This document shows positions 43,555-53,149 of a stretch of DNA of 64,000 nucleotides, in pieces. Location: positions 3,904,001 through 3,968,000 of the forward strand of contig OZ240245.1 in the NCBI GenBank assembly GCA_965198175.1, in the 5' to 3' direction. The notes below the pieces were generated by a model. It did not search any database and had not been told where the DNA came from. It saw only the letters and a program-made list of their open reading frames with translations. The position numbers were made by a program, and so were the translations under genes. The first letter of the stretch is position 1. The number at the start of each line of letters is the position of its first letter. The stretch is from Candidatus Poribacteria bacterium (GTDB lineage Bacteria; Poribacteria; WGA-4E; PCPOR2b).

Positions 43555-44523
43555 CTAATCGGATAGCGACTTTTTAATCTGCCCCCAGATTACTGCTGTT
43601 AGGCTGTTTGGGGACATTCCGAGCGAAGGTACAATGACATCAATCCAATCAATCCAATTGGCGGTGACCTTGTTGAGTAACTTCGGTCGAAGTGTATCAT
43701 TTACATTCACTACATACATGCCGTCCCGCTGGACATTTCCTCCCCATGTCTTGGAGACAAAGACAATATGATGCTCATCAGGTAGCCAACGCGGGCTCCT
43801 TTCTATGGTGCCGCGCATTCTGATTCTTCGGAGACCCTTACCGTCCCTACCGATGAGGCTAACGTCCCATTCTTCTGAAATATCTAGGTGCATATAAGCC
43901 AAGCGGTCGCCATCGGGCGACCAGGCCGGCTGGGTGCTCTGTCCAAGATTATCTGTCAATTGCTCAGCATTCTTGCCATCTGTGTCCATTACCCAGATTT
44001 GCCCATTCGATTTATAGGCAATCTCATTCCCGCGGGGCGACCAAGTTGGATACTCATTCAGAATACCCTTGTCAACATTGGTGTGAGTAAGCTGGATAGA
44101 CTTGCCCCCGTCCACATCAATAACAGAGATTTGAAAGTCTGACGAATAGACAATCTTTTGGCCATCGGGCGACCAGTCAGGACAGATATCGAGAGTAGCA
44201 TCGCGTGTTACCTGCCGGAGTTCAGTTCCGTTGCTATTGACGATATAGATATCCCCGCTACCATCTCTGTTCGAGGCAAGAGCGATTTCTTCCCCGTCAG
44301 GGAACCAAGCTGGATGATTAATCTCCCCTTGCCCGTCAGTAACCGATACTCTCTGAGAATCGTCTACATTCATTATCCAAATATGATCGTCGCCCGGGTC
44401 GTATACGATTGAACCGGCGAATTGACCATTACTGCTGCGTACGCTGATGGTCAAGAGAAATATCTCCCCCAGCATCAATAACACCCCAATTTTTCTCATA
44501 GCGACTTTCATATTTCTAATCAT
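43555..44523 (-). CDS. TolB-like PD40 beta-propeller, exported, with C-terminal WGxIK motif
   Basis: Signal peptide, P.WSPDG repeats, ends SPNSLTAVIWGQIKK. Confidence 0.85.
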   Translation of the reverse strand: MIRNMKVAMRKIGVLLMLGEIFLLTISVRSSNGQFAGSIVYDPGDDHIWIMNVDDSQRVSVTDGQGEINHPAWFPDGEEIALASNRDGSGDIYIVNSNGTELRQVTRDATLDICPDWSPDGQKIVYSSDFQISVIDVDGGKSIQLTHTNVDKGILNEYPTWSPRGNEIAYKSNGQIWVMDTDGKNAEQLTDNLGQSTQPAWSPDGDRLAYMHLDISEEWDVSLIGRDGKGLRRIRMRGTIERSPRWLPDEHHIVFVSKTWGGNVQRDGMYVVNVNDTLRPKLLNKVTANWIDWIDVIVPSLGMSPNSLTAVIWGQIKKSLSD

Positions 44524-44974
44524 TAGATTCTCCTTGGGTGAACCCTTTGAAAGGCATTGAACATTTCAAAGGGTTGGATAATTTAATCTATACCTTCCAC
44601 AAAATCGGAAGATTATCAGCGAATTTTTCATTTGTTTTGTAGAGAAAGCAAATACCGTGCCAAAATCGCAAGCAAAGAGTGGTGTGGGAGAGCCAGACGG
44701 TGCTTGCTGCGAGAAAACTGACGAATCGACAATGAAGTGTTATGCTGACACAACTGTGTCCATTTACGCTACACCTTTGTACAATTTTTGAACAGAACGG
44801 GCCGACTGCTACAAAGTGAAACTCAATAAGATTTGCAGCCTCTCACAAGAGATTGGAACGACTTAACATCATCTACGAAGCACCTAACGGGGTGCTGGTT
44901 GAGTAATAAAACGTACCGAGACGGAGCTAGCAAACTCTGTTGAAGGGGGGTTCGACGGAATGATTAAATACGAA

Positions 44975-46065
44975 TAGGACTTACGCAAGCGCCATGTTAA
45001 TAGCCGGAGATTTTAACTGTTGTCGTAAATACGCTTCCAGCATCCCGTGTTTAACCTGATAAATGGTTCGTCCAGTCTGGTACGCCATAGTTGCAAGTCG
45101 AATCCAAACTAACAATGCACAACCGATATGGTTGCGAACAATCCGTGCCAATCGACATTGACATTTTTCGAGACCGGTGAGTTGTTTGGCTTCACGGTGA
45201 AATTGCTCAATCTTCCACCGCCAGTTACACGCCTGTTGTGTCACTGAAGTGTCGTTTTGTGCTAAGTCGTTAGTGACGACATAATCCGTGCGTCCGGTAT
45301 CAGACGCCACCCGAAATAATTTCACCTTGTGGTCTCTGGGAAACCCTTTGATTTTGATACGTTTGCCTTCATGAAGTTCGGTCGGTGTCCAAGCTAAGTT
45401 GTCAATGCGTTGGTACGGTTTATTGGCGTTTGAATCGTCAACCAGCCGATTGGTTTTTAGTGGGCAGTAGTAGACTTTTCCCAAGTTTTCAATGTGTAGC
45501 ATCACGGTTTTGGTAGCATACCAACTGTCCATCAGCACTGCTTGAAAGAGAAGTTGTCTCTGGTAGACCAGTAGAGATAACATGTCTCTGACGTGGTCTA
45601 ACTTCGTTTTGCCGTCTCCTTCTGGGTCGTAAATCCGGTAGTCAATTACCCAGAAACGGTCTAGCAGTGGATTCACATAGACACAAGTAACTACTCCGAT
45701 GCCGTTGATAACACCCCGGGCGTTGCCACTGTATTGACGACGTACTAACTCAATATGCCTAGCGTGCTTTTTATCTAAAACCGTGTCATCAAAGATGACA
45801 TATCCTTCTTCAACTTGAACCAGATGAGGTTTAACGTTTTCCCACACCAAGCGAGGAGGAATACAATCTCCCGCCAGATAACGGTTTATCATATCATGAC
45901 TGAAATCTTCGCTGTGGTCGGCGAAGTGCGTTAAGGTATAGTTAATTGGACTGCTCAGCAGATACTGACAGTAATCAAGCCGGGTTGGTTTCACCATACT
46001 TACCTCCTCGTTCCTTATTTTACTGCTTTTTACTGTCCGTGTCTATCTGCTCCGCGTAACTCCTA
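44975..46065 (-). mobile_element. IS701-family insertion sequence
   Basis: Terminal inverted repeats TAGGACTTACGC (44975-44986) and GCGTAACTCCTA (46054-46065) match 11/12 and enclose the transposase. Confidence 0.85.
44981..45997 (-). CDS. IS701-family DDE transposase
   Basis: IFDDTVLDK, RQYSGN, MDSWY and RWKIEQFHREAKQ. Confidence 0.92.
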   Translation of the reverse strand: MVKPTRLDYCQYLLSSPINYTLTHFADHSEDFSHDMINRYLAGDCIPPRLVWENVKPHLVQVEEGYVIFDDTVLDKKHARHIELVRRQYSGNARGVINGIGVVTCVYVNPLLDRFWVIDYRIYDPEGDGKTKLDHVRDMLSLLVYQRQLLFQAVLMDSWYATKTVMLHIENLGKVYYCPLKTNRLVDDSNANKPYQRIDNLAWTPTELHEGKRIKIKGFPRDHKVKLFRVASDTGRTDYVVTNDLAQNDTSVTQQACNWRWKIEQFHREAKQLTGLEKCQCRLARIVRNHIGCALLVWIRLATMAYQTGRTIYQVKHGMLEAYLRQQLKSPAINMALA

Positions 46066-46227
46066 AATAACCTGGAAATTGTTCCCCTCTGTTCCAGTCA
46101 TATTTAGACGATATTCGTCATTTCCACGATTCCTTGTTTTTCTAAATTTGCTACGCCTGTTGTCTGATAATACCTTGCGTTCTTCTATTAATGCTGTGAT
46201 TTCCTGATTTGAAAAAATAATATCCAT
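46063..46227 (-). pseudogene. 5' remnant of a gene truncated by IS701
   Basis: 54 codons (MDIIFSNQEITALIEERK...EGNNFQVI) start 8 nt after the hsdS stop. The TAG stop is supplied by the IS terminus. Confidence 0.6.
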
Positions 46228-46235
46228 ATATTAAA

Positions 46236-47480
46236 TTATTCCGATTTAACCAACCGCACCCGCCCCGTGAGCAGTTGCTGCATCATTCCCTGCTTGATTG
46301 CGCGGGTCTTGTTTCTGCGCTCTTCAAGTGCCGAGATCTCAAGGTCTATGTCAGTAAGCACAGATGCAATCGCTTCTTGTTCCGCTTTGTTGATTGGGAA
46401 AGTCACCTCAATTTTATTCATCTCTGACTTATTTAGTTTAGCGCGCGTTCCGCTGGTTAAGTATGGGAGAATGTTCTTGTGGACCAAAGAAAAAAATATG
46501 AATCCTTGACTGTAATTAGGTTTGGCTTTTAGGATATGCGCGTGATTGTTTACCCAGATTTTGCCTGACATTCGATAGGCTATCGGCCGGTTAGCATACT
46601 CGTCGAAATATCCTCCATCTTCAGCAATTAAAATAACGTCATCATCAAGAACAAAGTCATTCACGTAATCAAGGACGCCATTAGCTCCACAATATGGATA
46701 AGGACCGGGTATATTAGCTCTCTCGATTTCGTTTAAGGGTATACGAACATTATCTAGGCAAATGACAACGTCCCCAAGTCGCTTCGTCGCCCACTCCCCG
46801 CCAAATCCCGGCAGGCGCGTCTTGCCGGTGAGGAGTTGCTGCATGGCTGCCTTTTTGATTGCCCGCTTCTTGGCAATTAGCGCGTCCAACGCCCCAATCA
46901 ACCCATCTACATCGGATAACACTTCAGCGATGGCGCATTGTTCGTTCTCGGGCGGGACTGCAATCCACACAGCGGACAATACTCGCCCATTGGTCAAGGC
47001 ACGTGTTGTGTATGTTGCATTTGATACAATCTGAGATCTGACAATCTTGGGCGCGAAGCAATACTGCTTGTAACGATGGTTGAGACGCACATTACGGGGT
47101 CGAGCACGAAGAACAAAGCCACTAAATACGGTATCGCAAGGCTCGTCTAGCATAACGGCTGCGACACCAATCTCTTCAACAGTTTCCGATGTGCGAGTAA
47201 AGAACACATCTCCTAGCCTCACTACGAAGTTCCTAATCTCTTCGGGACTTAGATTTACCCGCCCCGATAGGTGTTCCGCCCTTAGCCCCGGATGCTCAAA
47301 AACATCCATATAATTAACGATAGGAACCCCTGTCCCGAAAAAACGCTTGGCTTTGTTTAGACCGTTCTTGAATGTAAAGAGTTCGCCAAGGGGCACTGCA
47401 TCCCACTCGCTTGGAAGTGCCCCAATGTTAGTCTGTTTGTAGCCTTTTGGTAGCCTTTGTTGACTCGCCGTTAGATTCAT
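46236..47480 (-). CDS. hsdS: Type I restriction-modification specificity subunit
   Basis: Two target-recognition domains separated by EQ.AIA.VL.D.D..I..L and KQ.MMQQLLTG conserved repeats. Confidence 0.95.
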   Translation of the reverse strand: MNLTASQQRLPKGYKQTNIGALPSEWDAVPLGELFTFKNGLNKAKRFFGTGVPIVNYMDVFEHPGLRAEHLSGRVNLSPEEIRNFVVRLGDVFFTRTSETVEEIGVAAVMLDEPCDTVFSGFVLRARPRNVRLNHRYKQYCFAPKIVRSQIVSNATYTTRALTNGRVLSAVWIAVPPENEQCAIAEVLSDVDGLIGALDALIAKKRAIKKAAMQQLLTGKTRLPGFGGEWATKRLGDVVICLDNVRIPLNEIERANIPGPYPYCGANGVLDYVNDFVLDDDVILIAEDGGYFDEYANRPIAYRMSGKIWVNNHAHILKAKPNYSQGFIFFSLVHKNILPYLTSGTRAKLNKSEMNKIEVTFPINKAEQEAIASVLTDIDLEISALEERRNKTRAIKQGMMQQLLTGRVRLVKSE

Positions 47481-47482
47481 AA

Positions 47483-49941
47483 CTACCCTAATCCCATTAC
47501 CCTCAAGTGATCCTCAACCTTCGCACTCAATGCCTCTACCTCGCTATCCAGTTCCGGCAATGGCTGCGCATACCGCTCTTCTAGCTCTTTCACTCGACCG
47601 GTGAGTTGCTGCGTCAGGCGTTGCACTGCGGTTTCAATCGCCGATTGGATGCTGGCGAACCACTTGTCTTCGACGACGAGCGTCTTGATTTCTGCTTCCG
47701 TGAGCGTCGCGTAACGATCCAACACCTTCGTATTGAGCGCATTTTGCGCGTCTTTGACCGCCTTGTCCGCATTGGACTTAGTCTCTAACAGGGACAGACA
47801 ACGCTCAAGTGCATTCCGTTCCTCGTCGGTATCTTCCTTGTCGAGTGGCGTCACCAAATCCGGTGTGATTCCCTTTAGCCGTTCCTTGATGCTGCCCATA
47901 GTGACGTTGCCTTTGTCGTTTACCGCGTCCATCAGCAAACCCTCATCTCCGGTGTGTTCCTCAACGAAATCCTCAAACGCGCTGGCGGCGTCCTCTCTCT
48001 CCGCTTGTAGCGTCTCAAGAACCTGCTGTTCGTCGGCGAAGTATCGTGCAATAATCAACGCGGGCGGAATTAGGTCCATCTTATACTTTTTGCGTTTAAG
48101 CGTCAGATCGGGCGTCTCCTTGATTTTCCTGTTCTTGTCCTCAATGGCATCGCGTGGTTGGGCTGCCTCCCCCCAGCCATTAGTAGCGATAAGGTAAATG
48201 TCATCTTGCATCGTCTCTTCCCAGTAGTTCATTAGCCGTTGGTAGACATCGTACCGGTCAAGCAGCGGCATTTCGGCGAAGCGCTGAAGTATCTCCTCGG
48301 ACATAGCGTGGACAATTTCTTTCGGGGACGTTCCAACATCAATGCCTAACAGGAGAGCTTCGTGGGCATCTCGCCAAGCGTTGAAACTGGCAGTCACTCG
48401 CTGTAGGAAAGCGTTGAATTCATAATGATTGAGGATAGTGGCTTTTACCTGTTTTGTTTCCACTTTTGGGTCGCTGTACCCGTGTCTCCCGTTACCCTTG
48501 AACAATTCTCGACGCAGCGAAGGAAATACCGTCCAATAGGTGTCAAGCGCGTCAATGTCAGAGTCGGGGATGCCGCCGTTCAGATGCGCGTCAAGATCGT
48601 GTAAATCTTCCGGTTCGCTGGCGTCAATGTAGCGCGGGATGTTGAGGTTGTAATCGTTGGCGGGATCGGCAATTCGGATACCGGCACCATGCGGGAGTAA
48701 CCCTCAAGCTCAGTCTGCTTATTGAAGACATCCACAATCTTGTGGATGTCCTGGGCGCGAAGGCGGTTCTTGTTGCCGTCTTTGAGGAAGCCCTTGCTGG
48801 CGTTAATCATGAAGATGCCGGTGCGGGCGTGGGCGTTCTCCTTGTCGATAACCAGAATGCAGGCGGGGATGCCGGTGCCGTAGAAGAGATTGGCGGGCAA
48901 ACCGATAATTCCTTTCATGAAGACATGTTGAATAAGCTTTCTGCGGATATCCGCCTCTTTGTTGCCGCGAAACAGTACGCCATGGGGAAGAATGATAGCA
49001 CCCTTTCCCCTGCTGTTGAGCGACGCGATGAAGTGTAGCAGAAAGGCGTAATCGCCGTTCTTGGCGGGCGGAACCCCGTACTCAAAGCGACGGAACTCGT
49101 CGTGTGCCGGATTGAGACCATTAGTCCACGCTTTATCGGAGAAAGGCGGATTAGCCACAGCGAAATCGAAGGTCTTCAAGCCATTCCGTTCACTCTTGAA
49201 GTATGGAAGAGATAATGTGTTGCCATGCCAAATACCGGCGGTTGGATAGCCGTGAAGGTACATGTTCATCTTCGCAAGCGCGTAAGTGGCGTTGTCCTTT
49301 TCCTGACCATAGATGGTGATGCCGTGTGGCGCCTCGTCAGCCGCTTTCAGCAGTAGCGAACCGGAGCCGCAGGTGGGATCGTAGATTGTGTGTTGCAAGC
49401 GGGTGTCTGAACCAATGCCAATCACTTTCGCCATGATGCGAGAGACCTCCGCGGGCGTGTAGAACTGTCCCTTGCTCTTGCCCGACTCGGTGGCGAAGTG
49501 ACGCATGAGGTACTCGTAGGCGTCGCCGAGCAGATCGTCGCCCTCAGCACGGTTGGTGCGGAAATCGAGGGATTCGAAAATGGAAACTAGCTTGGAGAGC
49601 CGATCTTGCATCTCTTTGCCGGCGCCGAGCTTACTCTCGTCGTTGAAATCCGCCTGATCGATGACACCCTTGAGGTCGTTTGTTTCGGCGAACTTGCCGA
49701 TAATCTTGTTGATTTTTTCGCCAATCTCAATGTCACCTTTCAGGTTCACCATGTCAGCGAAGCCTTCACCATCGAGGACTTCAATCAGCGCGCCGGTCTT
49801 TGCGGCGTACTTGTCCGAGACATACTTCATGAACAGCAGCGTTAGGATGTAGTCCTTGTATTGGGAGGAATCCATGCCGCCGCGCAATTCGTCGCAGCTT
49901 TGCCAGAGGGAAGCGTAGATTTGTGATTTCTTCAGTGCCAT
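47483..49941 (-). pseudogene. hsdM: Type I restriction-modification methyltransferase (long form), frameshifted near 48672
   Basis: GQFYTP, DPTCGSG and ANPPF. GAATTGCC lacks one A relative to GAA ATT GCC, which would give EIADPANDYNLNIPRYID and join ORF 47483..48505. Confidence 0.9.
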
Positions 49942-49944
49942 AGT

Positions 49945-50418
49945 TGTCTGGACTGTGATTTATGGGATTTTGGGATTACCTTGATTTTTTTGCTTGAACA
50001 TCTTGTTGGTTACTCTTTTGAACTGAAGACTTTTTGCGCCAAAGTTGATTAGTAAACCGACCTCCAAATCGTATGCCTCCAAATAATTGATTGCCTGCGC
50101 CAGTTGGACTTCATCCAGTTGGATAATAGCCTTCAATTCAACAGAGACAACACCTTCTAACAAGAAATCAACTCTTCGCGTGCCAATATTTGCTGCCCTC
50201 TGTAGTAGATAGGCATCTCGTGCTCACGGCTGAAAACAATGCGTTGATCTGCCATTTCGATTGCTAATGCCCTCTGATAAATGACTTCCTGAAATCCGTT
50301 GCCTAACGCAGAATGAACCGTCATGGCACAGCCAATCACGTTCCCCGTCAACACCGAAAACTTGTGTTCTTCTTTAATCATAGCCCATCAATCAATCATA
50401 CAAATCACAGTTCAGACA
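49945..50418. mobile_element. GxxExxY cassette B bounded by 17-bp inverted repeats
   Basis: TGTCTGGACTGTGATTT (49945-49961) and AAATCACAGTTCAGACA (50402-50418). Confidence 0.6.
49960..50381 (-). pseudogene. GxxExxY protein, frameshifted by a 2-bp insertion
   Basis: CAAATATTGGC here versus CAAATTGGC in the intact copy at 52064..52483; split into two ORFs. Confidence 0.9.
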
Positions 50419-50571
50419 GCAAAATTGTCTGGACTGTGATTTATAGGATTTTGGGATTACCTTGATTTTTTTGCTTGAACGTCTTGTTGGTTACTCTTTT
50501 AAACTGAAGACTTCTTGTGCCAAAGTTGATTAGTAACCCAACCTCAAGATCGTATGCCTCCAAATAAGCGA

Positions 50572-50964
50572 TCACAGAAGCTCCTCTGACCAACGGACGA
50601 CAATATCTGCGATGTCCATCGCATCCACATATTCATGTTCGTCAACTGGCTCCGCCACGCCGGGATAGCGTGTGTCCACTGCATACGGAGTGAGCCTTAC
50701 AGCACGGCGAACCGCGATCGGAACAGAGATACCATGTTCTTCAAGCATAGACAGTAGAAGAGCCACGTTGTGTACATAAGGGAAATCAATGTTACGCGAG
50801 AGCATGACGGCCTTGATGGCTTTTTCCGCGGCCTGCTGAGCTTCGAAGCACAAGTCTTCCAGGTAGACATCGGGAAGGCGGTTTTTCGCCATCGCGAGGC
50901 TGCTTCTGGCGCGGTTTAACCACTCTCGCGGATCATCGGGCGGAAATCATTCAGGTGGCTTCAT
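50572..50964 (-). pseudogene. HEPN domain protein with a stop at codon 6
   Basis: Reads MKPPE*FPPDDPREWLNRARSSLAMAK with TGA at 50947-50949; AQQAAEKAIKA, PYVH and TRYP motifs. Confidence 0.8.
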
Positions 50965-51277
50965 ACACGACCATACCTTCCTGCAAGGCAGGCTTGATGA
51001 CCAAAGCGTTGCTGTCCTTGTATCGCTCAAGATCCGCTGGCGAAACCAATATCGCGTCGACGGCAACGCGCACTCCGTAGAGGTTCTCGTAAATTCCTGC
51101 CCTGAGATTCTTCGCGTCGCCACCCTCTTTGATTATGAGCAAATCGACGTCACTGTTTCGTGTCATCGCGCCTCGAACGGCGGACCCAAAAAGTATGATT
51201 CGCTCCGGCTGGGCTACCTCAACTACGCGCCGGATGATTTCGTCCAGTGTGCTCTGGTCCAGTTCCCGTTTCGTCAT
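50951..51277 (-). CDS. Minimal nucleotidyltransferase (MNT) antitoxin
   Basis: ILFGSAVRG and SDVDLLII; overlaps the HEPN gene start. Confidence 0.9.
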   Translation of the reverse strand: MTKRELDQSTLDEIIRRVVEVAQPERIILFGSAVRGAMTRNSDVDLLIIKEGGDAKNLRAGIYENLYGVRVAVDAILVSPADLERYKDSNALVIKPALQEGMVVYEAT

Positions 51278-51427
51278 AAACCAACCTTGTCTAGCTTTAT
51301 CATCTTCCCAATTGGCTTCTCCCGATTGCCTTGGGCTTTCCAATTTACGAACCTTCAGTTGTTGCTCCCGGTACGTACGGCTTCTTCGGCCGCGGTGCTG
51401 GGGAAAATCGACAAAAAGACCTCAGGG

Positions 51428-51865
51428 TCAACTCCAGACAGCGACTATCACCGCTTGCCCGAGAAGCGCCACTCCGTTATAACTTAGGTTGAGCCAGAAG
51501 AGCCCCGCCTTCCGCCCCTCATAAGCGACCGACTGGTACGCGACCGGGAGGATGAAAGCAATCAGCACCATGAGCGCCAAGTAGACCCCCACCATCGCGT
51601 TCCCACTCCTCCCGGCGATTGAGACGATGCGTGCGGCTCCACCCATCCCTGCGAATAACTGCGCCAGGATGAACGCGGTGACCAGTGCCAGCAAGAAGCT
51701 CACACCATAAGTCTTCAACGGGTTGAAACCTTCTTGAATCTCCTCTGCTGTGGTCTCCATCAGTTCGAGCCACCGCTTGCCAAATAGCGGGCCATACCAG
51801 AGAGCGCCGATAATCATCGGAACGATTCCAGCAACCAACACCGCCAGAAAATTGACTTCATGCAT
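51428..51865 (-). CDS. DUF1761-family membrane protein, copy 2
   Basis: NFLAVLVA...IGALWYGPLFGKRW; four hydrophobic segments; AGGAG RBS. Confidence 0.8.
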   Translation of the reverse strand: MHEVNFLAVLVAGIVPMIIGALWYGPLFGKRWLELMETTAEEIQEGFNPLKTYGVSFLLALVTAFILAQLFAGMGGAARIVSIAGRSGNAMVGVYLALMVLIAFILPVAYQSVAYEGRKAGLFWLNLSYNGVALLGQAVIVAVWS

Positions 51866-51996
51866 GATTCTGTTCTCCTTCTGTTCCCTATCAGTGCCAC
51901 CACAGCCAATCACGTTCCCCGTCAACACCGAAAACTTGTGTTCTTCTTTAATCATAGCCAATCACCCAATCACACAAATCACAGTTCAGACAGTCA

Positions 51997-52045
51997 CGCA
52001 ACTCTGCCAGAGCGAGGCGTAGATTTGTGATTTCTTCAGCGCCAT
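51997..52045 (-). pseudogene. 5' fragment of a second hsdM (MALKKSQIYASLWQSC)
   Basis: Encodes the same 16 residues as the start of hsdM at 49941, with synonymous nucleotide differences. Confidence 0.85.
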
Positions 52046-52048
52046 AGT

Positions 52049-52529
52049 TGTCTGGACTGTGATTTATAGGATTTTGGGATTACCTTGATCTTTTTGCTTG
52101 AACATTTTGTTGGTTACTCTTTTAAACTGAAGACTTCTTGCGCCAAAGTTGATTAGTAACCCAACCTCGAGATCGTATGCCTCCAAATAATTGATTGCCT
52201 GCGCCAGGTGCACTTCATCCAGTTGGATAATTGCCTTCAATTCAACAGAGACAACACCTTCAATCAAGAAATCAACTCTTCGCGTGCCAATTTGCTGCCC
52301 TCTGTAGTAGATAGGCATCTCGTGCTCACGGCTGAAAACAATGCGTTGATCTACCATTTCGATTGCTAATGCCCTCTGATAAATGACTTCCTGAAATCCA
52401 TTGCCTAACGCAGAATGAACCGTCATGGCACAGCCAACCACGTTCCCCGTCAACACCGAATGCTTATGTTCGCTTTTAATCATAGCCCATCACTCAATCA
52501 CACAAATCACACAAATCACAGTTCAGACA
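52049..52529. mobile_element. GxxExxY cassette A bounded by 17-bp inverted repeats
   Basis: TGTCTGGACTGTGATTT (52049-52065) and AAATCACAGTTCAGACA (52513-52529), with internal ~9-bp GATT/AATC periodic repeats. Confidence 0.6.
52064..52483 (-). CDS. GxxExxY protein (PD-(D/E)XK-like fold), intact
   Basis: GFQEVIY, RVDFL, VELKA, QAINYL and GLLINFG. Confidence 0.93.
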   Translation of the reverse strand: MIKSEHKHSVLTGNVVGCAMTVHSALGNGFQEVIYQRALAIEMVDQRIVFSREHEMPIYYRGQQIGTRRVDFLIEGVVSVELKAIIQLDEVHLAQAINYLEAYDLEVGLLINFGARSLQFKRVTNKMFKQKDQGNPKIL

Positions 52530-52598
52530 GTCACGCCACAAACTCTGTTTCTACCTCCGCACAGTGGTAGGAGCGATCTCCGAATCACAATGGCAAAG

Positions 52599-53039
52599 TT
52601 AACTCCAGACCGCGACTATCACCGCCTGCCCGAGAAGCGCCACTCCGTTATAACTTAGGTTGAGCCAGAAGAGCCCCGCCTTCCGCCCCTCATAAGCGAC
52701 CGACTGGTACGCGACCGGGAGGATGAAAGCAATCAACGCCATGAGTGCCAAGTAGACCCCCACCATCGCGTTACCGCTCTTGCCGGTGATTGACACGATG
52801 CATGCGGCTCCACCCATCCCAGCGAATAACTGCGCCAGGATAAACGCGGTGACCAGTGCTAGCAAGAAGCTCACACCATAAGTCTTTAACGGGTTGAAAC
52901 CTTTTTCTTGAATCTCCTCCGCTGTGGTCTCCATCAGTTCGAGCCACCGCTTGCCAAATAGCGGTCCATACCAGAGGGCACCGATAATCATCGGAACGAT
53001 TCCGGCAACCAGCACCGCCAATAAATTGACTTCATGCAT
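52599..53039 (-). CDS. DUF1761-family membrane protein, copy 1
   Basis: Near-identical to 51428..51865 with one extra Lys codon. Confidence 0.8.
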   Translation of the reverse strand: MHEVNLLAVLVAGIVPMIIGALWYGPLFGKRWLELMETTAEEIQEKGFNPLKTYGVSFLLALVTAFILAQLFAGMGGAACIVSITGKSGNAMVGVYLALMALIAFILPVAYQSVAYEGRKAGLFWLNLSYNGVALLGQAVIVAVWS

Positions 53040-53077
53040 GATTTTGTTCTCCTTCCCCTGAAAAAACTCCCGATACA

Positions 53078-53113
53078 ACAAGACCCCAATGGGGTCGCCC
53101 ACTGGGGTCTTGT
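53078..53113 (-). terminator. Hairpin downstream of tRNA-Asn
   Basis: 11-bp inverted repeat ACAAGACCCCA / TGGGGTCTTGT; weak U-tract. Confidence 0.4.
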
Positions 53114-53149
53114 ATTAACTCCTAGGTCGCCGAATTGGCGATAAAAAAT

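Larger units (their letters stand above)
50426..51992. mobile_element. GxxExxY cassette C: both ends retained, interior replaced by DUF1761-MNT-HEPN
   Basis: Inverted repeats at 50426-50442 and 51976-51992. GxxExxY 3' fragment to ~50567 and 5' fragment 51901-51955. Confidence 0.55.

Noticed and set aside
50947..50949. Selenocysteine or recoded TGA in the HEPN gene
   Set aside because: The position is not a Cys-type site, no SECIS-like hairpin was evident, and other genes use TGA as a normal stop.
51866..51961. GxxExxY-DUF1761 fusion protein (177-aa ORF)
   Set aside because: The in-frame junction looks fortuitous; DUF1761 has its own AGGAG RBS and matches copy 1 from MHEVN.
49945..52529. CRISPR array or integron attC array
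   Set aside because: The repeats are 17 bp, alternate in orientation and enclose homologous genes instead of unique spacers. No cas genes, integron integrase or attC core sites were seen.
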